Assembly (NCBI GenBank): GCA_963716205.1
Contig: OY970290.1
Coordinates: 108,906 to 172,905, forward strand
Reading direction: 5' to 3'
Source of the DNA: an uncultured bacterium
GTDB lineage: Bacteria > Patescibacteriota > Minisyncoccia > Phycocordibacterales > GWA1-40-21
DNA: 64,000 bases
In this document: piece after piece, positions 43,756 to 52,725 of the stretch
Layout: the number at the start of each line of letters is the position of its first letter
Numbering within the stretch: the stretch's first letter is position 1
The notes under the pieces: model-generated
Told to the model about the DNA's origin: nothing
The model's database searches: none
Seen by the model: the letters and a program-made list of their open reading frames with translations, nothing else
Made by a program: the position numbers and the translations under genes

Positions 43756-44538
43756 ATGTCTGATTTTATTTTAAAATGGCAATCATTAATCGGTGCTTTA
43801 GTAGGAGCCGGCGTTCCATTTGCGCTTTTCCTTCTATCAAAATGGTACTTTGATAGAAAAGAATATTTATCAAAAGTACATAGGATAATTGTTGTTGCAA
43901 TAAATAATCTTATTGATATAGATAAAACAGTAAGAGATTTTTCTGATACACGGTTGGTTCAATTTATTGCTAGAATTGAAGAAGATACGACTCACAATGT
44001 TTACTCCCTTGGACTGACATATTTTCCCCTATTCGCCAAAACACCATTTCCAGATGATGTTATAAATTCTTCTACAATGAGTGGTTATGTGGATAATAAA
44101 ATAATTCAATTATTTTTAATGTCAAAGGATTTTGCATTAGGTGTAGATGATATAAAAAGACAGTTTGAGGGTATATTGGAAGCAAATAGAGTTATTGCAC
44201 TTGAGAAAGCAAACGCACCAGTGATTCAAAATGAATCCTTTAGGACAAATGTTGAAGAATATAGGGCCTTTTTAGAAAGAGATTTTTTTGGAAAAAATGT
44301 TCCCGTTTATCTTAAGGCTCTTGCTACCGGAGGAGTAGCATTACTCAAGTTTAAATCTTTTTGGTTTATAAAGTGGAATTTTAAGTTTAGGCCAGATTTC
44401 AAGTATTTTAAAGATATCCGTGCTTATAATGAATATATTGTCAAAACTCAAGACCGTATAGACCTATTTCTAAAAAAAGAAACTGAAGCAGAAGTAGAAA
44501 GACTATCTTCAAATCTTACCAAATCTTTAGTTAAGTAG
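43756..44538 (+). CDS. Cargo: N-terminally anchored hypothetical protein
   Basis: 260-aa ORF, TM WQSLIGALVGAGVPFALFLL. Confidence 0.65.
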   Translation: MSDFILKWQSLIGALVGAGVPFALFLLSKWYFDRKEYLSKVHRIIVVAINNLIDIDKTVRDFSDTRLVQFIARIEEDTTHNVYSLGLTYFPLFAKTPFPDDVINSSTMSGYVDNKIIQLFLMSKDFALGVDDIKRQFEGILEANRVIALEKANAPVIQNESFRTNVEEYRAFLERDFFGKNVPVYLKALATGGVALLKFKSFWFIKWNFKFRPDFKYFKDIRAYNEYIVKTQDRIDLFLKKETEAEVERLSSNLTKSLVK

Positions 44539-44560
44539 AGATTAAAAAATAAATTCTTAT

Positions 44561-45304
44561 ATGATAGATAATAATTTGATTAAAAAACAAAAAGTAACAA
44601 CGAAAAGGAGACATTCAGTTTCAGAACCACTAGATGAAATAGAACTTTCTGAAGAACAACTAACTACTGCGATTACAGAAGCTACCACTGGTTCTATAGG
44701 TTCTAGTATCCCCATATTTAGAAAAGTGCTTGAATGGACTGAAAGAGTAAAACAAAATACAAAAGAAGAAAAATTAAAAATACTTCTTAAACATTACAGT
44801 GCCCACTTTGAGTCAATTGAGAAAGCAAATGAAACATTTAATTTTTTACTCGGGACACGTTCTGGGCAAGTATTGTTTTCAAAAATCGTCAACCTTTTAG
44901 ACAGTAACACTGACGAAGAAGCGATTGAACTTTTAGCAAATATCTTGAAGAAAATTTCAGATACTGATTTTGAAAAACAATTTGAACAGCATTTATATAT
45001 TTTGAGTCAAATTGACAAATTAACACCACAAGCACTTATTATGTTAAGCAAATATGAGATTTGGAAACAAGTCTCTCTTTCAGGTGGAACTACAACAAGC
45101 AAACATACAGTTCTTGGAGACTGGGATTCACAAGTTGCAAATTTTCTTGCTAGGTCCCTTAAAATAACAGATTCCAATACAGTTTTACGAATAGCCCATT
45201 CATTTCTTGAGTTAGAAAGTGCAGGTTTAATTTTTTTAGATGGTAGTTTTATTAAATTAGCTATTATTGGTGCCGAAATATATCAAATAATAATAAAAAA
45301 ATAG
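44561..45304 (+). CDS. Cargo: hypothetical cytoplasmic protein, weakly DUF4393/Abi-alpha-like
   Basis: 247-aa ORF; ELLANIL...ILSQIDKLTPQALIML...LESAGLI pattern; family assignment tentative. Confidence 0.5.
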   Translation: MIDNNLIKKQKVTTKRRHSVSEPLDEIELSEEQLTTAITEATTGSIGSSIPIFRKVLEWTERVKQNTKEEKLKILLKHYSAHFESIEKANETFNFLLGTRSGQVLFSKIVNLLDSNTDEEAIELLANILKKISDTDFEKQFEQHLYILSQIDKLTPQALIMLSKYEIWKQVSLSGGTTTSKHTVLGDWDSQVANFLARSLKITDSNTVLRIAHSFLELESAGLIFLDGSFIKLAIIGAEIYQIIIKK

Positions 45305-45471
45305 TTTCTTCTATCATATAGTTTTTATATAACTATAAATGCATATCCAATGAACTTGTGAACATTATGAACGTTAGCATGGTATTAACTGACTTAACTC
45401 TTTAATACTAATTTTTATATCATTGCTCTGTTTGATTAGTTCTGAAAGCCAAGATATTTGCCCACAAATAT

Positions 45472-45500
45472 TTGACATCCTTTCGTGAGGATGCTAGGAT
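45472..45500 (+). promoter_or_regulatory. Host promoter just outside the right att site
   Basis: TTGACA-N17-TAGGAT with extended TG. Confidence 0.55.
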
Positions 45501-45534
45501 GTTGGCTCGTTCTTATTATGTTTAAGGGGGCAAA

Positions 45535-45907
45535 ATGTCGAAGCGGAAAAAGATGGAAAATGACTTATTGAGGGATGCAAATCCTTTAATGGTCGAAGCT
45601 CATGTAGTTTCAAAAATAAAAGGGAGGACTCCATTGCCTTACGTGGAAATAAACGAACCGAAAACTCTAAAAGAGTATAAAAATCGTTATGGACACCTGT
45701 CGCTCATCCAAAACTTTTTTCAGGAAAAAAACTTGGAAGGGAAAATTCCACAAAGTTTGGTTCCTGAAAGCATGGCAAAGTCTCCTTACGGAGCTTCTGC
45801 GGCCAATCAATTGCGGAAGCATTTTTCGCCGGTTGGTTGAGAAAGAAGGAGTTGAAACAGTTCGTGCTCTGCGAAGAGCCGAGAATGAAGAACTTGTCCG
45901 CGTCTAA
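45535..45907 (+). pseudogene. Hypothetical protein with probable frameshift in a T5 run (45822-45826)
   Basis: ORF 45535-45840; removing one T extends ...RKHF-RRLVEKEGVETVRALRRAENEELVRV* to 45907, just before terminator 45919-45953. Confidence 0.4.
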
Positions 45908-45918
45908 ACATAAGGGCG

Positions 45919-45953
45919 TACCCAACAGCACTGTGCTGTTGGGTATTTTTTTT
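45919..45953 (+). terminator. Intrinsic terminator
   Basis: TACCCAACAGCAC-T-GTGCTGTTGGGTA followed by T-tract. Confidence 0.8.
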
Positions 45954-45985
45954 GCTCAATTTTTATTTTCGTGTAGTATAGGAAT

Positions 45986-46663
45986 ATGAAAAAATTCTAT
46001 GTCATTGGAACACCGATAGGGAACTTGGAAGATATCACGTATCGCGCAGTGCGAGTTTTTGGTGAAGTCGATCTGATCCTTTGCGAAGATACCCGAGTGA
46101 CGGCAAATCTTTTAAATAAATACAGCATCAAAAAGCCGACCATGAGCTATCATTCGCAAAGCAAGATTGCAAAACTTGAAAAAATAATCGAAATAATTGC
46201 CAATGGAAAAACACTCGCACTTGTTTCTGATGCCGGCACACCAACGATTTCTGATCCGGGCTCAATGCTTGTTTCAAAAATTCGGGAAAATTTTCCCGAC
46301 GTTGAAATCATTGTAATTCCGGGACCGAGCGCGCTGACCTCGGCACTTTCAATTTCTGGACTTCCGGGATCGGAATTTCTTTTCTTAGGATTTTTGCCGC
46401 ACAAAAAGGGAAGGGAAACGCTGTTCAAAGAAATTGCCGCGTCAGAACGAACGGTGGTGTTTTATGAATCTCCGCACCGAATATTGAAATCTCTCGAATT
46501 TTTGAAAAAATATGTCGTAGATCGAAAAGTTGTCATTGCACGGGAACTTTCCAAAATATATGAGCAGATTATTTCCGGCACGCCGACCGAAATTGAGAAC
46601 TATTTCAAAGACAATGCGGACAAAGTCAGGGGAGAATTTGTCGTCATGGTCAGCGCAAAATAG
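45986..46663 (+). CDS. rsmI: 16S rRNA (cytidine1402-2'-O)-methyltransferase
   Basis: GTPIGNLEDITYRA, CEDTR, LVSDAGTPTISDPG, FYESPHR, ARELSK.YE, RGEFV. Confidence 0.95.
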   Translation: MKKFYVIGTPIGNLEDITYRAVRVFGEVDLILCEDTRVTANLLNKYSIKKPTMSYHSQSKIAKLEKIIEIIANGKTLALVSDAGTPTISDPGSMLVSKIRENFPDVEIIVIPGPSALTSALSISGLPGSEFLFLGFLPHKKGRETLFKEIAASERTVVFYESPHRILKSLEFLKKYVVDRKVVIARELSKIYEQIISGTPTEIENYFKDNADKVRGEFVVMVSAK

Positions 46664-46700
46664 GATTTATTTTCATTTTATATTGTGCTAAAATAGCCCT

Positions 46701-46937
46701 ATGATAAAAATTTCAACGATTTTCGGGCTTGGTATACTGGTGATATTTACCCAATTTTTAGGATTGCCGATCGGCTGGAAAGATTTTATTTATATTTTTT
46801 CCGGGCTTTGCATCACTGTTTTATCAATGCTCATACGGCGGGAACTGCTTGATGTTCTCAAACAAATGCACACTGGACCTGTAAATACTGAAACATTTTC
46901 AGAGAGCAAGCCGCAACAAAACCAGCCTGAACAATAA
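46701..46937 (+). CDS. Small two-TM membrane protein
   Basis: LGILVIFTQFLGLPIGWKDFIYIFSGL; extended -10 directly upstream. Confidence 0.7.
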   Translation: MIKISTIFGLGILVIFTQFLGLPIGWKDFIYIFSGLCITVLSMLIRRELLDVLKQMHTGPVNTETFSESKPQQNQPEQ

Positions 46938-46977
46938 AACTCCCGCAAGGAGTTTTTTGTGGTATAATATTTCCCAA

Positions 46978-48750
46978 ATGGATCCCGAAAGAATCACATA
47001 TTTTGGCGAGACTGATTCGCGCAATAAGCGGGTAAAATTTGGCATTAAAGCCAAAGACAGGACCAAGCATATCTATGTCATAGGAAAGACCGGCATGGGA
47101 AAATCCACCGTTCTTGAAAATATGGCCATTCAGGATCTTCAAAATGGCGAAGGAATGGCATTTATCGATCCGCACGGCAACACTGCTGACAAACTCTTGA
47201 ATTATGTTTCCGCGGAAAGAATACATGACGTCGTGTATTTTGCTCCGTTTGATACCGATTATCCAATTTCATTCAATGTCATGGAAGATGTCGGTCCGGA
47301 CAAGCGGCATCTCGTCGTTTCGGGTTTGATGAGTGCGTTCAAGAAACTTTTCGGCGAGGAAAGCTTTTCCGATCGTATGCAGTATATTTTGCAAAATACC
47401 ATTCTTGCGCTTCTGGAATATCCGGGAGCGACGATGCTCGGCATCAACAAAATGTTGACAGACAAAGTGTACCGAAACAAAGTTATTGCCAATGTTACCG
47501 ATATGTCGGTCAAGGCGTATTGGACGCAGGAATATGCAAATTACACTGAACGTTTTGCTCAGGAAGCGATACCGGCAATTCAAAACAAAATCGGACAGTT
47601 CACTTCAAATCCTCTTATCCGTAATATCATCGGTCAGCCGAAATCGAGTTTTGATTTCAGGAAAATCATGGATGACGGCAAAATCATGATTATTAATCTT
47701 TCCAAAGGCAGAGTCGGCGAATCAAATGCCAATCTGCTCGGCTCGATGCTCATCACCAAAATTTATCTTGCGGCGATGTCCCGTGCCGACATATCGGAAA
47801 AAATATTGAAAAATCTTCCGAATTTTTATCTGTATGTGGATGAATTCCAGTCGTTTGCCAATGAATCGTTTGCGGATATTCTTTCGGAAGCCAGAAAATA
47901 TAAACTCAATCTGACCGTGGCGCACCAATATATCGAGCAGATGGCGGAAGAAGTCCGTGCGGCGGTTTTCGGCAACGTCGGCACGATGATTACATTTCGC
48001 GTCGGCGCATACGATGCCGAAGTGCTTGAGAAAGAATTTGCGCCGCAGTTCACCGCGGAAGACTTGGTCAATCTTGGAATCTACCAGATGTATCTGAAGC
48101 TTATGATAAATGGCGTCAGCTCGTTTCCATTTTCAGCGACTGGACTCCCGCCATTTCCCGAGCCGGTTATCTCCTACAAAAAAGAGATTATTGAAAGTTC
48201 CCGGAAGCAATTTGCTGTGCCAAAAATCGAAGTTGAAGGCAATATCCAAAAATGGCATGACGAAAGCAAGCCCGCGCCGAAAATCACAATTCAGCCGAAG
48301 CCATCAATTATGGCAAAAGAGATTCCGAAAAATTTTGAAATAAAAACACCAGTGCCGCCGGCTATCGCAAAAGAAAAACCCGTTTTGAAAGAAATAAAAA
48401 AATCAGTTGAAGAAAATGCGCGTAAAACAATGCCGATTCGTCCGCCGATTGAAACGGAAGTCGGGGAAGATTTTCTGCCACTCAAAGATTTTGCCAAAAA
48501 ATCCGTTTCTCGCAGCCAGAATAAATCAATGAGCAATGAAAATCTTTCGGATTTGAGATATGCTCTCGCTGCGGCGATGAAACAGAAATCGTCAGAAGCA
48601 TCAAAGCCGGAAGAAAAACTAATTACCGAAAAATCTGAAACGGTAGTGAAAGAGAAATCAGAACAGAAAAAAGAAGAACCGAAACAGCCGCATGGACTGA
48701 AGGAAATTTCCGAGCATGATTTAAAAAATATTTTCGGTTCTGAAGAATAA
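46978..48750 (+). CDS. Second VirB4/TraG-TraD-like P-loop ATPase with low-complexity C-terminal tail
   Basis: DRTKHIYVIGKTGMGKS, IDPHG, LYVDEFQ, LSEARKY, AHQYIEQ, VFGNVGT. Confidence 0.87.
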   Translation: MDPERITYFGETDSRNKRVKFGIKAKDRTKHIYVIGKTGMGKSTVLENMAIQDLQNGEGMAFIDPHGNTADKLLNYVSAERIHDVVYFAPFDTDYPISFNVMEDVGPDKRHLVVSGLMSAFKKLFGEESFSDRMQYILQNTILALLEYPGATMLGINKMLTDKVYRNKVIANVTDMSVKAYWTQEYANYTERFAQEAIPAIQNKIGQFTSNPLIRNIIGQPKSSFDFRKIMDDGKIMIINLSKGRVGESNANLLGSMLITKIYLAAMSRADISEKILKNLPNFYLYVDEFQSFANESFADILSEARKYKLNLTVAHQYIEQMAEEVRAAVFGNVGTMITFRVGAYDAEVLEKEFAPQFTAEDLVNLGIYQMYLKLMINGVSSFPFSATGLPPFPEPVISYKKEIIESSRKQFAVPKIEVEGNIQKWHDESKPAPKITIQPKPSIMAKEIPKNFEIKTPVPPAIAKEKPVLKEIKKSVEENARKTMPIRPPIETEVGEDFLPLKDFAKKSVSRSQNKSMSNENLSDLRYALAAAMKQKSSEASKPEEKLITEKSETVVKEKSEQKKEEPKQPHGLKEISEHDLKNIFGSEE

Positions 48751-48754
48751 CATC

Positions 48755-48892
48755 ATGTTGTTTTTTGCAACAATCATTTTTATTTTCTTGGCTTTGTTTG
48801 CCGCCATTTGGGCGAGAATGGAAGGCAGAAAAGAAAAAAAGCGCTTTGAAGAAGGTGGTCTTTCGGCGGAGGATTTTGAGATTACTGAATGA
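48755..48892 (+). CDS. Small single-TM protein (45 aa), not in ORF track
   Basis: MLFFATIIFIFLALFAAIWARMEGRKEKKRFEEGGLSAEDFEITE*; fills the gap between two genes. Confidence 0.55.
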   Translation: MLFFATIIFIFLALFAAIWARMEGRKEKKRFEEGGLSAEDFEITE

Positions 48893-48895
48893 AAT

Positions 48896-50104
48896 TTATT
48901 CCAAGTTTTCCAGCTTTTCAAGAAGCTCTTTCCATTGAGGGATAATTTTATCTACGGAAAAATCGTGAGATCTTTTTTTTGATTTTTCCGCATACGATTT
49001 TATCAGAGCTTCATCATCCATTATTTTTATCAGTCCATTTGCCCATTCTTTTTCAAGAGCGTTGTCATTTTTTTGACGAGACGTGTATATAACGGGTAGG
49101 AGCAGTCCAAAATCGGCAAACTCTGCCTGTGTTATTTGATGAGTTGTTTTCGACAATGATAATTCTTCGCGTGGTCCGTAATCGCAATCCGTTGATATGA
49201 CAGGCAGTCCGCATGCCATGGCTTCAAGAACAACCATCGGGAAACCTTCCCTTGTTGATGAAAGAAAAAATAATTTTGCTTTTGCAAAATACGCGTAAGG
49301 ATTTTTTTGATATCCCAAAAAATATACATCGTATTCGTTTCTTATATCTTGCGTATTTTCATCATGGAAAACATGCAAACCGATTTTTTGACCATGGTGA
49401 ACCAATGTATTTTTTAGCAGTCCTTCTCCCAAAATAACCAGCTTGAGATTTTTTATTTTTTCACTTGCTCTTTGAAAAACGTTTAATAAAATCCACTGAG
49501 CTTTTTCCTCCATCAGTCTTCCGGCAGTTATTATTACTTTATTTGAAAAAATATCTGAATATCTTTCTTCAATATGTTCTCTCGATGCTATTTGTATTTT
49601 TTCCAATTCAATAGGATTGTAGATAACATCTAATTTTTGCGGATTTATTTTTACAAAACTTTCCAAATTGCGAGCTATACCGAAAGAAACCGGTACAATC
49701 ATGTCCGCAAGCGGATAGAGCAGTTTTATAAGAACATAATAAAATATCTTTTTTTTATTTTTAAATGCGTTTGTCAGACCGGTGTGTATGGTAATAACAG
49801 ATTTATTTTTCCAGAATAACTTGGAAATAATATTGACGAAATTTGCCCGCTCGATGAAACTGATGACAATATCATTTTTTTTGATTATTTTTCCAAGCCT
49901 GAAAGCGTACAGGGGGATGAAAATAGTTTTTACAAGAGCATTTGTTTTTGAAGTGTGCGCGCTGAGCGTTTTCACTGGAATATCAACGGTAAAATCTTTC
50001 TCATTTTCGAGCATGATGATTCCATCAGCGATTTTACTCGATAGAATTTGTGCAACCCGCTCTGCGCCGCCAGCCTTCAATGAATTGATCAAGATATATT
50101 TCAT
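48896..50104 (-). CDS. Glycosyltransferase family 4 (PglJ-like)
   Basis: GGAERV, VIYNPI, AGRL..EK, EGFPMVVLEAMACG, STDC.YGP.E. Confidence 0.9.
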   Translation of the reverse strand: MKYILINSLKAGGAERVAQILSSKIADGIIMLENEKDFTVDIPVKTLSAHTSKTNALVKTIFIPLYAFRLGKIIKKNDIVISFIERANFVNIISKLFWKNKSVITIHTGLTNAFKNKKKIFYYVLIKLLYPLADMIVPVSFGIARNLESFVKINPQKLDVIYNPIELEKIQIASREHIEERYSDIFSNKVIITAGRLMEEKAQWILLNVFQRASEKIKNLKLVILGEGLLKNTLVHHGQKIGLHVFHDENTQDIRNEYDVYFLGYQKNPYAYFAKAKLFFLSSTREGFPMVVLEAMACGLPVISTDCDYGPREELSLSKTTHQITQAEFADFGLLLPVIYTSRQKNDNALEKEWANGLIKIMDDEALIKSYAEKSKKRSHDFSVDKIIPQWKELLEKLENLE

Positions 50105-51018
50105 ATTTTTATCTTTTTATTGTCCATCACATACAGATAATAAGCAATAGGTGCGATTGCTGGCGATATGATTTTAAGCCACACAATAGCAAGACAAGAG
50201 ATTTGTACGAAAATATTTTTCTTGGCATGAAAAGAAAAACGCAGATAATTTATGAAATTCCTGATTTTCCAAGCGGGATTGACGGGCAGTGAAAGAAATT
50301 CCTTATAATACAACAATGTGCCAAGCGGATTAGCCATTCGCAATCGCAGTGAAGATTTGGAATAGCCGTCTTTTTGGTATTCAACTACCAATAATTTTTC
50401 ATTGATGAAACGGGTTTTGTATTGTAAGCCGATTCTGTTGAAAACAATCGCCTCCGATATGAATTTTTCATTATTGATAATGGGGAAAGGGTATTTTTTA
50501 AAAATTTCTGTTTTAAAAAACCCCCATTTGTCACCTTTGACATTATACACATAGAAAGTTTCTATCCATGAGGAATCAAAAATATCTTTCGGAAATTTAT
50601 CACCTATCAATTGATTATTTCTATCAACACACAGAGACATAATTCCGGAAAATTCCTTCTGTTCAGTTTCCGGAATGCTTTGCCAGTAAAAAATCAGTTT
50701 TTCCAAAGCAGTATCGACACAATAATCATCCGAATCAATGTTGAGGAAAAATTTGCCCTCGGCCTCCTGTACTCCGAAATTAAAAGCCGATTGCTTGCCC
50801 TGATTTTCCTGCTTGAAATATCTGATGGGGATACAATTTTCTTTTATCCATGCAGAAACAAATTTTTCTGTGCTGTCAGTGGAACCGTCGTCAACAATGA
50901 TCCACTCAAAATCTTTAAACGTTTGTTTTTTCAAACCGTTGTAGACGTTCATCAAAAGATGACCTCGGTTGAAGGTGGCTGTGAATACGGTAAATTGATA
51001 TAGAATTTTGTTGCTCAT
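50101..51018 (-). CDS. Glycosyltransferase family 2
   Basis: FTATFNR, IVDDGSTD, IDSDD, GDKW. Confidence 0.9.
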   Translation of the reverse strand: MSNKILYQFTVFTATFNRGHLLMNVYNGLKKQTFKDFEWIIVDDGSTDSTEKFVSAWIKENCIPIRYFKQENQGKQSAFNFGVQEAEGKFFLNIDSDDYCVDTALEKLIFYWQSIPETEQKEFSGIMSLCVDRNNQLIGDKFPKDIFDSSWIETFYVYNVKGDKWGFFKTEIFKKYPFPIINNEKFISEAIVFNRIGLQYKTRFINEKLLVVEYQKDGYSKSSLRLRMANPLGTLLYYKEFLSLPVNPAWKIRNFINYLRFSFHAKKNIFVQISCLAIVWLKIISPAIAPIAYYLYVMDNKKIKI

Positions 51019-51770
51019 TTTTTGAAATCTAATTTACGCTTGGCAATTATTCCTGCATAGGGAGAAAAGAACGAGTTATTGAAAGGTAAAAACCGAAGCA
51101 ACTTTCCTGACCCATTCAATAATTTTATAATGAGTTTCCCCCAATAATTATTGCCCGCGTCTTCCGCCCAAAAATCAAAGCCTCCAAACCATCCCCAATA
51201 AATGACATCAAATCCTTCTTTTTCTACTATTTCTTTCCATATAAATGGATCCATCGATGGTAGATAGTGTCGCTTCAGATTTTCTTTATCAAAAATGGAA
51301 TGAAGCATTTTTTGAATATAACCCCTAAAATTCGGTGTCGTTATCATCAGGTATCCATTTTTTTTCACTAAGGAAATATGTCTGGCAATAACTTCTTCAT
51401 AATTCGTAAAATGTTCAATAAAACCAAAAGAACAAACCACATCGTAGGTATGATGCATTGCGTATGTTAGGAAATTTTCCTGATAAAATTCTCCAATTTT
51501 ATATTTATTTTCAGCTAGCCATTTCGGCATGTCGATCTTGACTCGAGGAGTTAGATCAATTCCATTTAGAGAATATCCAAGATCTCCGAATACGCTCAGA
51601 TATCTTCCGGGAAAACACCCTACTTCAAAGGCGGTTTTTTCTTCAGTTATTTTTTTAATATACTTTCTTATGAGAGTATGTATTGGATCAAAATTACTCG
51701 GCTTGAAAAACACAAGTTTTTCATACGTGGTATCCCAATGATTTTGATTTGCCAGATTTTTTATTTCCAT
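51015..51770 (-). CDS. Class I SAM-dependent methyltransferase
   Basis: FEVGCFPG, GID, YDVVCSFGFIEHF, ITTPN. Confidence 0.85.
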   Translation of the reverse strand: MEIKNLANQNHWDTTYEKLVFFKPSNFDPIHTLIRKYIKKITEEKTAFEVGCFPGRYLSVFGDLGYSLNGIDLTPRVKIDMPKWLAENKYKIGEFYQENFLTYAMHHTYDVVCSFGFIEHFTNYEEVIARHISLVKKNGYLMITTPNFRGYIQKMLHSIFDKENLKRHYLPSMDPFIWKEIVEKEGFDVIYWGWFGGFDFWAEDAGNNYWGKLIIKLLNGSGKLLRFLPFNNSFFSPYAGIIAKRKLDFKK

Positions 51771-51781
51771 TGCCTTGAATG

Positions 51782-52711
51782 TTAATTGATCATTTGATGT
51801 GGTAAAAAACTTTTCCTTTTTTTTAAATCAAGCAGAAAAAGGTAGAATTTTTTTCCAAATAATGCGCAACACGCCGTAACAATATTTCGTATGCTTGGAT
51901 CCATTCTGATCGAATCGGCAAAAGATTTTCTTGCCTCTGATGTTTCCCCAGCCAATAAATGCATTGTGCCCAAATGCCGATGATATACCGCAAAAATTTT
52001 CGGATATTTTTCGAGCAATGTTTTGTATTTTGAAATAAATCGTTCATAATCCGGAGATGCTCGCTTGAAATCTTTTGAAAAATTGGTTTCCTCGATATAA
52101 TAGTTGACTAACGTCTCATCAACAAAATCAATATCGTAGCCTGCCAGCACCACGCGGATTGTGAAATCCAGATCTTCAAAAATTTTAAGATTTTCATCGC
52201 GAGGACCGACAATATTGATGACAGCGCGAGGAATCATCATTGAACTATTGCTGAATGCATAATCACCGGCATGTAGCAGCACATCTTCAATGGATTTATA
52301 TTTTGATATCTGATGAATCCCTTCTATGTGCTTATTTTTAATCATAAGAACATTGCAGCTTACCAAACCAAGTTTTTTCATCGATTGCTCAAAAAGGTTA
52401 TATTGTTTTTCCAATTTGGCAGGGAACCATTCATCATCGTGGTCCAAGTAGGCGATATATTTTCCTGTACAGAATTGAATGGCATTGTTTTTCGGACTGG
52501 CTGCTCCGCCGGAATTTTCCTGCCGGATGTATTTAATCCTTGAATCCTTTTTAATAAATTGATCGACAATTTCCGCAGTAGTATCGGTAGAGCCGTCATC
52601 AATGATGAATAATTCAAAATCTTGAAGCGTTTGATTCAAAACGCTGTTTATTGTTCGCGGCAATAAATCGGCTCGGTTATATGTTGGAATAATGATTGAA
52701 ATTTTTGTCAT
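51782..52711 (-). CDS. Glycosyltransferase family 2
   Basis: IIIPTYNR, IDDGSTD, YLDHDD, EDLDF. Confidence 0.9.
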   Translation of the reverse strand: MTKISIIIPTYNRADLLPRTINSVLNQTLQDFELFIIDDGSTDTTAEIVDQFIKKDSRIKYIRQENSGGAASPKNNAIQFCTGKYIAYLDHDDEWFPAKLEKQYNLFEQSMKKLGLVSCNVLMIKNKHIEGIHQISKYKSIEDVLLHAGDYAFSNSSMMIPRAVINIVGPRDENLKIFEDLDFTIRVVLAGYDIDFVDETLVNYYIEETNFSKDFKRASPDYERFISKYKTLLEKYPKIFAVYHRHLGTMHLLAGETSEARKSFADSIRMDPSIRNIVTACCALFGKKFYLFLLDLKKRKSFLPHQMIN

Positions 52712-52725
52712 AAATACTATTTGAT

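Larger units (their letters stand above)
36929..45467. mobile_element. ~8.5 kb integrative element inserted at the tRNA-Leu 3' end by a large serine recombinase
   Basis: 9-bp direct repeat TGCCCACAA at 36929-36937 and 45459-45467; visibly more AT-rich than flanks; recombinase, P-loop ATPase, small proteins and cargo genes. Confidence 0.88.
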
